Positions 28,720 through 42,343 of a DNA stretch of 64,000 bases are shown in pieces. Source of the DNA: Eledone cirrhosa (lineage: Eukaryota); NCBI GenBank assembly GCA_964016885.1, contig OZ024743.1, forward strand, positions 81,902,001 through 81,966,000, in the 5' to 3' direction. The translations under genes were made by a program, and so were the position numbers. The notes under the pieces were generated by a model. It saw only the letters and a program-made list of their open reading frames with translations. It was not told the origin of the DNA and searched no databases. The number at the start of each line of letters is the position of its first letter. The first letter of the stretch is position 1.

Positions 28720-29090
28720 CAGAGTGTGTAACAGGGTGTGTAACAGAGTGTGTAACAGAGTGTGTATCAGGGTGTGTAATAGAGTGTGTAACAGAGTATG
28801 TAACAGAGTGTGTAACAGAGTGTGTAACAGGGTGTGTAACAGGGTGTATAACAGGGTGTGTAACAAAGTGGGTAACAGAGTGTGTAACATGATGTGTAAC
28901 ATGATGTGTAACAAAGTGTGTAACAGAGTGTGTAACAGAATGTGTAACAGAATGTGTAACAGGGTATGTAACAGAGTGTGTAACAGAGTGTGTAACAGAG
29001 TGTGTAACAGGATTTGTAACAGAGTGTGTAACCGAGTGAGTAACAGTGTAACAGGGTGTGTAACAGAGTGTGTAACAAAGTGTGTAACAG
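28720..29090. repeat. 12-bp minisatellite (gtgtgtaacaga)
   Basis: About 30 tandem units. Confidence 0.95.
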
Positions 29091-29326
29091 AGATAGCAAT
29101 CCTACAGAAATCTATTTGGGAGGCAAACATGAAAGGAAAATGGAATTTCTCGGTAAATACAAAAAAGTCATTCACCTGATTTTCCAACAATACCAAAGCT
29201 ACGTAGTTGTGGAGGTTTCATGCAATATTCAAATGTGTCGAAAGACTTCACAAACTCTAAGTCACATCAACATTATAACCGTCTAGTAGCAGTTTGAGTA
29301 CCCAGTCATTATGATATACGTGTGGG

Positions 29327-29397
<71 letters not shown>

Positions 29398-29436
29398 GTG
29401 TGTATATGCATATATATATATAAATGTGTGTATATG

Positions 29437-29481
<45 letters not shown>

Positions 29482-29492
29482 GTGTGTATATG

Positions 29493-29533
<41 letters not shown>

Positions 29534-29641
29534 AATTAGTATATCTACCAACATATGTATTCAGATGTATACCTATGCTACCAAATATATATGTTATGTC
29601 TTAGTAACTTTGTGGTTCTATGCAAGGGGATGCAGAACAAT

Positions 29642-29970
29642 TATATGAAAGACGTAAAATAAGAAAATTTTTAAAATTAACTTACTAAAATTTTCACTCC
29701 TAACCAAGTAGGCAGTGAATTTTTTCAGTGTCCTAGAATTTAGTCCCCGCTCGCTTTTTTCCATCCACTGAATTATTTTTATATGAGTTCCTTGTGAGCA
29801 CGCATTGCCTGGGAACTTAGCTGAGAATAGACTACCTGATGACGTAAGGATTTCTCTATGGTTGCGTTGCGTAACCATATTTATTCCCTTACAGAAACTA
29901 AGTAGTTGGAGTGAAAATTTTAGTAAGTAAGTTAATTTTAAAAATGTTCTTAATTTACGTCTTTCATATA
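29642..29970 (+). mobile_element. Inverted-repeat mini-element containing a hammerhead at 29832-29908
   Basis: Arms 29642-29700 and 29908-29970; ctac-CTGATGA-c-gtaagg..atggttgc..gtaaccat..ccttac-a-GAAA-ctaag-TA^-gttg. Confidence 0.7.
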
Positions 29971-30090
29971 TATATATGACTCCAGTTCCCCAGTGAATTA
30001 ACAACCCAACAAGGAACTGGGCATATCAGAGTATTGACAATATCATACACCTAAATAACATATGTACTTGTCTATACCATACTAATTCAA

Positions 30091-30145
30091 ACTGCCTGAA
30101 GAGGTCACAGCCAAAGATGGCTGTCACTGAAATATATATAGCAGT
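30091..30145 (+). ncRNA. Canonical type I hammerhead ribozyme
   Basis: actgc-CTGAAGA-ggtc acagcca aaga tggctgt cact-GAAA-tatata-TA^-gcagt, immediately followed by AATAAA. Confidence 0.88.
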
Positions 30146-30187
30146 AATAAACGAAGCTAAATTTTAATCATTTGACTTTTATTTAAC

Positions 30188-30242
<55 letters not shown>

Positions 30243-30375
30243 GATTCCTGATGATTTCTAAAGAATGAAACAGTTCTAGTCCTGTAGAATCTCATCTATA
30301 TTAAAACTTTTATACTCTGCTTGTATTGAGTACCTGACTTACTATGGTTACCCCCGATTCAACCCGGAATAACTT
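30243..30375 (+). mobile_element. Hammerhead mini-element family A
   Basis: gattc-CTGATGA-tttctaaagaat-GAAA-cag ttctagtc ctg-TA^-gaatc plus an ~85-nt tail; flanked by (TA)n. Confidence 0.88.
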
Positions 30376-30415
<40 letters not shown>

Positions 30416-30418
<3 letters not shown>

Positions 30419-31079
30419 AAGGGAAAAAATGAAACGAAATTTCATTTCTCACTCTTGGTACGGCTGTTACTTAAATATAAGTATGTATACGTACATACAT
30501 ATATGTATACAGACGTACAGTAGTATGTATATATATATACATACATGCACACATATATATAATAAAAGTTCGGTGAATCCATACGCAAATATATATATAT
30601 GTGTGTGCATGTATGTATATATATACATACTACTGTACGTCCGTATACATATATGTATGTACGTATACATACTTATATTTAAGTAACAGCCGTACTAAGA
30701 GTGAGAAATGAAATTTCGTTTCATTTTTCCCGGCCGATTAACTCACTCGATATGCAAATTAGGCTGCTCAACCGTTAATATGCATAAGGAAATTATATAC
30801 TTTCAGACGTTCAATCATCTGACAGGAAGGTATACGGTGCTGACGATAGCTAATAAGCTTGAAACTAGCACATCGTTCCTTTGTCAGTGTTGAACAAAAG
30901 GGCAACGATGGTTGCTAAACACTGTACGGCTTAATTCGGGATGTTTTTTTACAAACACACCGAGCATTATAATAAATGTTCGGTGAATCCATACGTACAT
31001 ATATATATGTGTGCATGTATGTATATATATACATACTACTGTACGTCTGTATACATATATGTATGTACGTATACATACT

Positions 31080-31085
<6 letters not shown>
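30416..31085 (+). mobile_element. Element with inverted plus direct terminal repeats (PLE or retrozyme-like architecture)
   Basis: 30421-30560 is inverted to 30590-30731; 30561-30678 is repeated directly at 30970-31084; hammerhead-like CTGACGA-t agct aata agct t-GAAA at 30840-30864; another family copy at 63560-63700. Confidence 0.7.
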
Positions 31086-31171
<86 letters not shown>

Positions 31172-31174
<3 letters not shown>

Positions 31175-31308
31175 AACAGGTATGACCCCGACGGCACAGC
31201 TGAAGCCGTTCCGACGGCTATTTCTGGACTATTACCCACTCTACTACCCTAAGTATTGAGTACTTTGGTGCGTTATGGTTTATCGGGTTCCTTACCACAA
31301 TTCCTTCG

Positions 31309-31311
<3 letters not shown>
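31172..31311. mobile_element. Family B mini-element (one arm plus tail)
   Basis: Homology to 14311-14505. Confidence 0.8.
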
Positions 31312-31367
<56 letters not shown>

Positions 31368-31368
<1 letters not shown>

Positions 31369-32612
31369 TAGCTGAATGGCCTGGCGTTGCCCGGGTTACT
31401 GCTTTTCTTATTCAGTAAACAATAAATATGAAGATATATTTTTTGTAATAATTATTTCAAAATATCTATATTTTATTTTAAAAATATAAAAAATTGTAAT
31501 GATAATAGAATTTAGAAATGAAAATCTGTCAATATTGAAGCACCTCAGGTTAAACAATATTCATGGTGTAAATTTTTGTTGGTGTCCAAATAAATAAATT
31601 GTTGCTGCTTCCAACTCGTGAGCAAGCAACAAAGAGTTGACCGTGGGAGAAACATGTAGTAGAGAGATCAAGTCCAACTACCTTGAGGGGTTGACCCTGA
31701 GATTTGTTAATTGAAATAACAAAACTTAATTTGACTGGAAACTGAAGCCTCTTAAATTCAAATGGAACAGCTCTGGGTAAGAGAGGAATTTTCAGAGTAA
31801 AAACTTTTCTTTTCAATGTTGTAAACAAATAAGTATCAACATCCAAAAGAAACATATTAATTATTATTTTTGTATGTAGTGTAAATTAACCAAATATAAG
31901 CAAGTGTATTAACTGCTAATTTAACGGTAAGAGAATATAAATATAAACGAACAGGCACACATACACTCACATAAATCTATAAAAAAACACACACAGACGT
32001 ACATTCATACAAACACTCACACAAAGTTTCACCCACGAACAGACACACATACACTCACACAAACTTATAAAAACACACACAGACATATATTCATACAAAC
32101 ACACACAGATTCACCCCCAGGTTTCGTTATGTCAGTCGTCACAGAAATGTATGTATACACACGCACATATACACTCTCCCATACTCTCACACACATATAC
32201 TTGTCAGTCATCACATGTGTAGATGTGTGTGTGTGTTTAATTCTGTGTATCTGATTAAATATTTACGTGAATATGTATGCGTATGTAATTTACTAAGGTC
32301 CAACGTACGTAACGAACGTGCAAACATTCACACACTCACAAACACATATACACTAATATACAAAATGTGACGTCGTTGTCGTCGTCGCTGTCGTCGTAGT
32401 GTTATAAAATGTCTGTTTGTTATAGTTGACTATAGTAGAATATTTGAGATAAAATGTTATATTGTTTTAATCCAAATGAAAATAAACATAGCATTTTGTT
32501 AATCCGGGGTCTAATATTATTACCTTGTAAAATTTGATTTGATTTGCTCGAGCCATTTGAGAATGCATAAGGAAAGGACAGAAAGAGCGACAAAGAATTT
32601 AATACATAGAGA
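31368..32612 (-). mobile_element. Non-autonomous Helitron
   Basis: Minus strand starts TC and ends with a GC hairpin cccgggcaacgccagg plus CTAG; inserted between A and T in (TA)n; carries a helicase fragment. Confidence 0.88.
31550..31780 (-). pseudogene. Pif1-type Helitron helicase C-terminal fragment
   Basis: PFEFKRLQFPVKLSFVISINKSQGQPLKVVGLDLSTTCFSHGQLFVACSRV (helicase motifs V and VI). Confidence 0.92.
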
Positions 32613-32730
32613 TATATATACTCCTTTTATTAAAGCTAACGAGTCTCCTTACTATGGAATTTCACCTGTTCATCGCAATGGCATCAGACAAGACAAATAT
32701 ATACTTATATATATATAGATATATACATGA

Positions 32731-32805
<75 letters not shown>

Positions 32806-32825
32806 TACATATGTATATATACATG

Positions 32826-32877
<52 letters not shown>

Positions 32878-32938
32878 CATGAGTAGATATATATATATGA
32901 GTATATATATATATATATCTATATATATATATATATAT

Positions 32939-32981
<43 letters not shown>

Positions 32982-33050
32982 ACTCTCAAGAGCGTGAAAT
33001 TAATAAACCTTTGTTTGTACTGCCTCTCTGTTTTGTTCCCGTTCAATATT

Positions 33051-33119
<69 letters not shown>

Positions 33120-33177
33120 TCATGTGTATATATATATATATAGTTAAAAGAATAGAGGTGTAACACACAAGTTATTA

Positions 33178-33585
33178 TATATTGGTAAACGGAATAGAAA
33201 ATGCTGACAAATTGTTCACAGTTGAAAAATGGTTTAATTAGGAATAAAAGAGTATTAGTAATTGTATGGGTTAGTATTCAGTTGTGGTTTTAAGTTTTTA
33301 AGTTTTTACCGGTTGCGCATTTCTAAATGCTTTTCAAAAATAATTTTGAGATAGAGTGTCCGTGTTGTTTGCTCTGATCAGAGCAAACAACACGGGCACT
33401 CTATCTCAAAATTATTTTTGAAAAGCATTTAGAAATGCGCAACCGGTAAAAACTTAAAAACTTAAAAACTTAAAACCACAACTGAATACTAACCCATACA
33501 ATTACTAATACTCTTTTATTCCTAATTAAACCATTTTTCAACTGTGAACAATTTGTCAGCATTTTCTATTCCGTTTACCAATATA
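33178..33585. mobile_element. ~400-bp near-perfect palindrome with a U3:A8 hammerhead in each arm
   Basis: Centre at 33377/33378 (ctctgatcagag); plus arm ttt-TTGAAAA-gcattt ag aaatgc-GCAA-ccgg-TA^-aaa. Confidence 0.85.
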
Positions 33586-33640
33586 TATATATATATATGT
33601 GCGTGTATATATATATATGTATATATATATATACATATAT

Positions 33641-33852
33641 GGGGAAAGAGTCAGGACCCCGACGGCAGAGCTCAAGCCGTTTCGACGGCTATTTCTGGAC
33701 TGAATAGCCGTCGAATCGGCTTGAGTTCTGCCGTCGGGGTCTTGAAAATGTTCCTATTACCAGCTCTATTACCCTAAGTATTGAGTACTCTGGTGCGTTA
33801 TGGTCCATCTGGTTCCGTACCACTCTTCCATCTAGTTCCGTACCACTCTTCC

Positions 33853-33853
<1 letters not shown>
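33641..33853. mobile_element. Family B palindromic mini-element
   Basis: Homology to 14311-14505. Confidence 0.85.
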
Positions 33854-33889
<36 letters not shown>

Positions 33890-34054
33890 TGACATAAAGA
33901 CACACATATCTATAATTGTGCTGTAATTGTTTAATAAATCGGAAAGAAAGAAAACGACAGAAGATGAACAAAATAAAAACATTGATATTTCAAACACCTA
34001 CCTTTAATATATATATATAGAATCAATTTACTTTAGATTTTCTAATACTATATA

Positions 34055-34118
34055 TGTCCTGATGATTTATTTTGTATGATACAGTTCTAGTCCCGTAGAT
34101 ACCATTTCTATATTAAAC
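34055..34118 (+). ncRNA. Degenerate family A hammerhead
   Basis: tgtc-CTGATGA-..-GATA-cagttctagtcccg-TA^-gata. Confidence 0.55.
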
Positions 34119-34256
34119 ATATATGCGCGTGGGCGCGCATGCGTGTGTTTGTGTGTGTGTGTGTGTGTGTGTACATTTATATTTCTATCATCAATCCGTT
34201 TTTCCACGCTTGGATGTGTTTTTGTATGTATACATTACATGTATTTTATACAATAA

Positions 34257-34328
<72 letters not shown>

Positions 34329-34363
34329 GTATATACGCATATCTATCTATCTATCTATCTATC

Positions 34364-34414
<51 letters not shown>

Positions 34415-34467
34415 AACACATATATGTATATATTCTTGATTATCCACACATACAGATATATATATTC

Positions 34468-34512
<45 letters not shown>

Positions 34513-34528
34513 CACATACATACATACA

Positions 34529-34569
<41 letters not shown>

Positions 34570-34601
34570 CGGAGTATCGCTATTAACTTTCTCCGTTTAT
34601 G

Positions 34602-34682
<81 letters not shown>

Positions 34683-34741
34683 GTATATATAATCAAGAAC
34701 AATATTACGACGCGTCTCTAAAATCTATTGTAAAATAACGG

Positions 34742-35027
34742 ATAACGTACGTCAGTATAACGTACATCAGTACCACATACATCAGTATAACGTACATCAG
34801 TATAACCTTCATCAGTATAACGTACATCAGTACCACATACATCAGTATAACGTACATCAGTATAACCTTCATCAGTATAACGTACATCAGTATAACGTAC
34901 ATCAGTACCACATACATCAGTATAACGTACATCAGTATAACGTACATCAGTATAACGTACGTCAGTATAACGTACATCAGTATAACGTACATCAGTATAA
35001 CGTACATCAGTATAACGTACATCAGTA
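34742..35027. repeat. 15-bp minisatellite (tataacgtacatcag)
   Basis: About 19 tandem units. Confidence 0.95.
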
Positions 35028-35173
35028 TGGAACGGCTATATTTCTATCATAATGAAATGATTGCTTCATGATTAGAACAATTTGATTCATTTGAAATCAG
35101 CAGAAATATCAATATCTGATTATTTCAGGCGAAGAAAACAGTTCTAACACTGTAGAAGTGATTACATTGGATT

Positions 35174-35252
<79 letters not shown>

Positions 35253-35256
<4 letters not shown>

Positions 35257-35508
35257 AAAGTTCTATTTAAATTGTCGGGATACAACAAGCAAATATTTTT
35301 ATAACTGAAATAAAGCACTCAACAACTATGTGGAGTAAACATACGATATTAACAAATGGATTTAAGGGTATGTCAATATTTATTTATAAAACTGATCTAT
35401 ATTATATTTTGTCTGATGAAAGCACACCATAATTTAACTTGGTGTCCTTGAAATATGTATAATGAAATAAATATGGTTTTATAAATATAGTTTCCATTTG
35501 TTAATATC

Positions 35509-35510
<2 letters not shown>
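35253..35510 (+). mobile_element. Family C hammerhead element with inverted tail
   Basis: attttgt-CTGATGA(35413)-aagcacacca..tggtgtcctt-GAAA-tatgta-TA^-atgaaat; 35253-35330 is the reverse complement of the tail at 36180-36258. Confidence 0.8.
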
Positions 35511-35552
<42 letters not shown>

Positions 35553-35607
35553 TAATATATACGTATATACATACATATATATTCATATATACATAAATAA
35601 ATATACA

Positions 35608-35634
<27 letters not shown>

Positions 35635-35638
<4 letters not shown>

Positions 35639-35711
35639 CACACACTACGTATATTTATTTATATATATATGAATATATATATATATGTATGTATATACGT
35701 ATATATTTATA

Positions 35712-35754
<43 letters not shown>

Positions 35755-35820
35755 TATGTATATTTATTTATATATATATGAATATATATATATATGTATG
35801 TATATACGTATATATTTATA

Positions 35821-35863
<43 letters not shown>

Positions 35864-35929
35864 TATGTATATTTATTTATATATATATGAATATATATAT
35901 ATATGTATGTATATACGTATATATTTATA

Positions 35930-35945
<16 letters not shown>
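35635..35945. repeat. 109-bp AT-rich tandem repeat x3 with an inverted copy at about 35555-35618
   Basis: acacacacta(c/t)gtatatttatttatatatatatgaatat...atacgtat repeated. Confidence 0.8.
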
Positions 35946-35986
<41 letters not shown>

Positions 35987-35988
<2 letters not shown>

Positions 35989-36256
35989 GGAGCTTACAAC
36001 AGAAATGGTCGCATTCTTTAAGGGTATGTCAATATTTATTTATAAAACTGATCTATATTATATTTTATCTGATGAAAGCGCATCATAATTTGACTTGGTG
36101 TCCTTGAAATATGTATAATGAAATAAATATTGTTTTATAAATATAGTTTCCATTTGTTAATATATCGTATTTTTCTCCAATAATTTGTTGAGTGCTTTAT
36201 ATCAGTTATAAAAATATTTGCTTGTTGTATCCCAACAATTTAAATATAACTTCTAC

Positions 36257-36258
<2 letters not shown>
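35987..36258 (+). mobile_element. Family C hammerhead element
   Basis: attttat-CTGATGA(36069)-...-GAAA(36106)-tatgta-TA^-atgaaat; tail contains ttgagtgc. Confidence 0.8.
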
Positions 36259-36321
<63 letters not shown>

Positions 36322-36560
36322 TATATAGGAACCGGTAAGACCCCGACGGCTGAGCTCAAGCCGTTTCGACGGCTAATTCTGGACTATATATATATATATA
36401 ACGTATATATTTATAAATGTATAATGTATGTATTTATATATATACATGTATAATATATATATGTATATATATTCATGTGTGCTTGACTGCTGGGAGAAAA
36501 GAATACTCAACACAGAAATACAGAGTCTTAATATTTATTTATTGAACCTAAACCGTGATT

Positions 36561-36610
36561 CTTGTTACTCTGGAGTTTCGCCTGTTGACCACAGAATCAT
36601 CAGATGAAGA
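36561..36610 (-). ncRNA. Hammerhead motif family F
   Basis: Minus strand CTGATGA-ttctgt ggtca acaggc-GAAA-ctc ca gag-TA^-acaag; homologues at 43371-43416 and 63463-63502. Confidence 0.65.
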
Positions 36611-36839
36611 GAGAAGACTCCAACAAGACTCACTATTTATATGTATGTATATTGACACTTGGTTTGCTAACTTATTGGTAATACATTTAGTGTCGTACTT
36701 TACGTCCGTTTACAACTACAGTCGGCCGATTAATTGATCCAACAACTTTTATTTACTTGAATAATATAAATATATTCAATTTATTAAGTCCGAATAGTGA
36801 GTTTTCTTACTCTCTTGGTACGCAAGTTTATCACAGGGT

Positions 36840-36936
<97 letters not shown>

Positions 36937-37413
36937 GCAGTGTGTGTTTCTAGATATAACTTATATTTGTAATATATATATATATATATATATATATACA
37001 CGTACATATATATGTACGTGTTTGTGTGTGTATGTGTATGTATAAATATTCCTGTAAATACTATTTGTAAACATTTATCTCTAATGATTATTATCGCTAA
37101 ACATACATCTGTACACACATTCACACACATACATTCACACACACACTCAGACCACACTCACACATACAAACCCACTCTCTCACACACCTGTATATTCCTC
37201 TACAGTAATCACTTACACACACATGTGAGAAGTGTGTGTGAAAACAACACAACTGACTGTTGGCTTTTTATATTTCCCCTTCATTTTTCTCTCGTTTTCT
37301 TATCGTTACACTTCTCTCTATTCCTACTGTACAACACTAAACCATACACTCTCACACCTCACACACTGACACGCCTGCATACTCACACACACATACACAC
37401 TTACATATACATG

Positions 37414-37483
<70 letters not shown>

Positions 37484-37594
37484 TGTGTGTGTGTGTACTG
37501 TGACATCTTAAACATTGATACGCGTGAACATACATACATTCATATATTTATTTAGATATATAAATATGAATGTTTATATATATATATATATATG

Positions 37595-37646
<52 letters not shown>

Positions 37647-37666
37647 TATATATATATATATTTATG

Positions 37667-37731
<65 letters not shown>

Positions 37732-37751
37732 TATATATATATATATTTATG

Positions 37752-37802
<51 letters not shown>

Positions 37803-38189
37803 AAAAAGTGCGCTAGCATCCGATATGCTGTATATATTTATACCAATATACATTCAGAGTGTTTAACCGACACTGCACCAATGTGTATATAAATATATAC
37901 AGACCAATGTGTATATAAATATATATACACACCAATGTATAAATATATACACATATTCAATATGTGGAACATTAAATCATGCTAGAAAATAAGAATTTCC
38001 TTCTAATTTGAAAAAATAATGAAGATCTTTAATCGATTTTTTGACCTAATTGTTCCCTCATCAGAAGGCGTCTATTTCATCAAAACAAGCAAAAAGAAAC
38101 TTATTTGATCACTCACTCATCAATCACAGAGTTCGATTTAATCGACTTTCCCATTCTCTTCGAATTGTTGGACTTGTCCCTAAATATCG

Positions 38190-38217
38190 ACATAATTTAT
38201 GTAAGTGTGTGTGTGAG

Positions 38218-38260
<43 letters not shown>

Positions 38261-38280
38261 TATATATATAATATATATGT

Positions 38281-38362
<82 letters not shown>

Positions 38363-38467
38363 ATATAACTTTGATAACTTTGATAGGTTTCGGCCAGTAT
38401 TGGTCCTGGCCATGTCTAACTTAATATATATATATAATGTACGTATACATATGTATACATGTATATA

Positions 38468-38507
<40 letters not shown>

Positions 38508-38544
38508 CATTACACATATATATATATATACATATGTATACATG

Positions 38545-38594
<50 letters not shown>

Positions 38595-38670
38595 GTATGT
38601 ATATATATACATATGTATAAATATATATATATATATATATATGTTTATATATATATATACATATATATAG

Positions 38671-38730
<60 letters not shown>

Positions 38731-38760
38731 ACATATGTATATATATATATACATACATTA

Positions 38761-38799
<39 letters not shown>

Positions 38800-38898
38800 A
38801 CATATGTATATATATATATATACATTATATATATATATTAAGTTAGACATGGCCTGGACCAATACTGGCCGAAACCTATCAAAGTTATCAAAGTTATA

Positions 38899-38945
<47 letters not shown>

Positions 38946-38960
38946 CACATAAATTATGTT
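38190..38960. repeat. ~770-bp interrupted inverted repeat
   Basis: 38360-38425 is the reverse complement of 38838-38902; outer acataatttatgt..gtgtgtgtg pairs with cacacactcacataaattatgt; the internal TA variants also mirror. Confidence 0.85.
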
Positions 38961-39014
38961 TATATATATACATATGTTTATATATATATACATATATATA
39001 TATAAATATATATA

Positions 39015-39182
39015 CGATATTAAACAAATGGAAACTATATTTATAAAACCATATTTATTTCATAAATATAGTTTCCATTTGTTTAATATCGTATATCTAC
39101 TCCAAAACTTGTTGAGTGCTTTATATCAGTTATATAATATTTACTTGTTGTAACCCAACAATTTTAAATAAAACTTTTGCAT
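39015..39182. mobile_element. Family C palindromic remnant (post-ribozyme part plus tail)
   Basis: acgatattaaacaaatggaaactatattt / aaatatagtttccatttgtttaatatcgt plus ttgagtgc tail. Confidence 0.75.
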
Positions 39183-39444
39183 AAATATATACATATATAT
39201 ATACATATACATGTATAATATATATATATATAATATATATTATATATACATTATATATATTGTTATATATTATACATGAATATATATATATATCATATAT
39301 ATATTATGCATGTATATGTATGTATATATATGTATATATATATCATATATATATTATGCATGTATATGTATGTATATATATGTATATATAAATATATATA
39401 TATATATATGTTTATATATAAATATATATATATGTATACATATG

Positions 39445-39478
<34 letters not shown>

Positions 39479-39481
<3 letters not shown>

Positions 39482-41523
39482 GGACCAGCAGTGTTAGTCG
39501 AGGGGAGTATAATAAGTAAGGCAATCAAGGATATGAAGACAGGTAAGGCGGCTGGGCCTTCGGAAATAGTTGCTGAGATGCTGAAGGCATCTGGCACGGT
39601 GGGACACACCATGGTCACCCGCATAGTTAACCAAGTCGTACAGAATGGGGCTGTTCCGAAGGACTGGCATAGCAGCATCATCGTTAACTGTTATAAGGGT
39701 AAAGGAGACGCCCTAGATAGGAGTAACTATAGAGGCATTAAATTAATCGACCAGGTCATGAAGGTCACAGAAAAAGTAATAGCGCAACTAATCAGAGAGA
39801 GAATTGACCTAGATGAAATGCAGTTCGGGTTTGTGTCAGGCAAAAGTACCACAGACGCTCTTTTCATAGTACGACAACTACAGGAGAAGTACCTAGCTAA
39901 AGGTAAACCCCTCTACTTAGCTTTTGTCGACTTGGAGAAAGCCTTCGACAGAGTCCCCCGCTCCATTATCTGGTGGGCTCTTAGAAAACTAGGCGTTGAC
40001 GAATGGCTTGTGAGGGCTATACAAGCCATGTATAAAGAAACAGTCAGCAAGGTTAGAATTAACAACGAATATAGTGAAGAGTTTAGCGTAAAAGTTGGCG
40101 TCCATCAGGGCTCTGTTCTCAGCCCCCTACTATTTATTATTGCCCTTCAGGCTATAACAGAGGAGTTCAAGACAGGCTGCCCATGGGAACTCCTATACGC
40201 AGACGACCTGACACTCATAGCGGAATCAATGGCCGAGCTAGAGAAGAAATTCCAAACATGGAAGCACGGCCTAGAGTCAAAAGGACTTAAAATTAACCTG
40301 GCTAAGACCAAAGTTCTAGTTTGTAGGAAAGAAAACAAGGCGGCGGTCCCTTCTGGGAAATGGTCGTGCTCGGTGTGTAGGAAAGGCGTAGGTAGAAACT
40401 CCATTTTGTGTCCTAAATGCAAAGTATGGGTGCATAAAAGATGTAGTGGGATCACAGGTAAGCTAACTAAGAACATAGATTTTACATGTGGCCGGTGTTC
40501 TGGTGCAATAAGTAGCAGCAAGTGCCCACAAAATACTAGCTCTTTCAATTGCGCAGAGGGTTCTATAGAAATAGTGGACAGCTTCCGTTACCTGGGCGAT
40601 AAAATCAGCAGTGGGGGAGGGTGCTCTGAAAGTACTGTAGCTAGAGTCAGAACTGGTTGGAAAAAGTTCAGAGAGCTTATACCACTATTAGCTGCTAAAG
40701 GGTTCTCCCTAAAAATGAAAGGCAGGTTGTACGATGCCTGCATACGAACAGCAATGTTGCATGGCAGTGAGACCTGGGCATTGTGTGCAGAGGATATACG
40801 CAGACTAGAGAGGAACGAAGCTTGCATGCTCCGCTGGATGTGTAACAGTAATATACGTGAACGGCAAAGCATAAACGAACTAAGGAAAAAATTAGAGATA
40901 AGAGGGATCAGATGTTGTTTACTCGAGAGAAGGCTACGTTGGTATGGACACGTGATGCGCATGAAAGTCGATAGCTGTATAACAAAGTGCAGGGCAATAA
41001 AGATAGACGGTAGCCACGGAATAGGCAGACCTAGAAAAACCTGGGACGAGCTGATAAACTCCGACCTCACACACTTACACCTCTCCAAGACAATGTCACT
41101 GGACCGAGACCTTTGGCGGTACTCAGTAACAGAGAAGACCCGCCTTGCCAGTAGGCATCTCTAACAAAATACACCCCGTCCCACCACCACCACCCCCACC
41201 CCATCCACACCACCCCGTCCTATGTAAAGTTATGTTGGTGCCGCGCCATCCGGGCCGAAACAAATGAGATCGTGTAGGTGTCACGACAAAAAAACACACA
41301 GTCCACGCTGTAATGTGGCCGTGTAGGCAACACGGTAAAAACCTCCCAGACCCACACTGTAAATGTGGTTGGTGTTAGGAAGGGCATCCAACTGTAGAAA
41401 ACCTGCCAGACAGTCCTATGCGAGCAAGACAATCACTCTTGCCTCAAGTGGGACTACCCCCGTCCAAACCCATGCAAGCGTGGAACACGGACGTTAAACG
41501 TTGATGATGATGATGATGATGAT
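39479..41523 (+). mobile_element. 5'-truncated RTE-clade LINE with (GAT)n tail, inserted in (TA)n
   Basis: Uninterrupted RT ORF, ~340-bp 3' UTR and gatgatgat tail at 41503-41523. Confidence 0.95.
39491..41164 (+). CDS. RTE LINE reverse transcriptase (partial) with an inserted PHD-type zinc finger
   Basis: [39 protein letters not shown] (40196-40207), C4HC3 cluster, [22 protein letters not shown]. Confidence 0.95.
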   Translation: MLVEGSIISKAIKDMKTGKAAGPSEIVAEMLKASGTVGHTMVTRIVNQVVQNGAVPKDWHSSIIVNCYKGKGDALDRSNYRGIKLIDQVMKVTEKVIAQLIRERIDLDEMQFGFVSGKSTTDALFIVRQLQEKYLAKGKPLYLAFVDLEKAFDRVPRSIIWWALRKLGVDEWLVRAIQAMYKETVSKVRINNEYSEEFSVKVGVHQGSVLSPLLFIIALQAITEEFKTGCPWELLYADDLTLIAESMAELEKKFQTWKHGLESKGLKINLAKTKVLVCRKENKAAVPSGKWSCSVCRKGVGRNSILCPKCKVWVHKRCSGITGKLTKNIDFTCGRCSGAISSSKCPQNTSSFNCAEGSIEIVDSFRYLGDKISSGGGCSESTVARVRTGWKKFRELIPLLAAKGFSLKMKGRLYDACIRTAMLHGSETWALCAEDIRRLERNEACMLRWMCNSNIRERQSINELRKKLEIRGIRCCLLERRLRWYGHVMRMKVDSCITKCRAIKIDGSHGIGRPRKTWDELINSDLTHLHLSKTMSLDRDLWRYSVTEKTRLASRHL

Positions 41524-41568
41524 ATACATACATTATATATATGAATACGTATATATGTATATACATAC

Positions 41569-41608
<40 letters not shown>

Positions 41609-41624
41609 GTATGTATATATAATG

Positions 41625-41656
<32 letters not shown>

Positions 41657-41714
41657 ATGTATGTATATATATATATATGTATACATATGTATATATATAT
41701 ATATATATACATAC

Positions 41715-41772
<58 letters not shown>

Positions 41773-41797
41773 TATGTATACATATATATAATGTATG

Positions 41798-41839
<42 letters not shown>

Positions 41840-42343
41840 CATGCATATATATATATATATATATATATATGCTGTCTATAAATATACGCATGCACACGAA
41901 CGCACTATGTTATTGTGATGCATTGAGCAAATTTCAATTTTGTAATTATATTAGTTTATTGTAATCTCCTACAGGGCAGGTTTATAATGTAGTTTGATAA
42001 AGTCTATTATTTAACCCCTTAGGACGGAAAACTGAGCACTGGATCGCTAACGTGGATCGAACTCACATCTACCGTATGGAGTCCGCCTTATTATTACACC
42101 AAATCGAGAATTATGATTTGTCAGTAATTATCTTTAACATGGAAAAGTAAGAAAATGTAAGAAATGTTTTTTGAAGGGTTGTGCAGATTTCATATTCGAT
42201 CAACTCTCTCTGTCAACGATTTCCGTTACGAGTTGTCAATCTTCGATATTTTTTTCACACTTTTCTAATTTGAAACTGCGTTGTGGCAGTTTGCAATGAC
42301 GTAACATATTTTCCAAATAACATATATGAGTCTATATGTTAAA

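Noticed and set aside
28711-29196. LLHT/VCNR repeat ORFs (also MYVIL at 34705-35022)
   Set aside because: Products of 12-bp and 15-bp minisatellites; no evidence of coding function
30751-30758. Octamer motif ATGCAAAT as an snRNA-type enhancer
   Set aside because: A single 8-mer in AT-rich DNA is expected by chance; no PSE or snRNA follows
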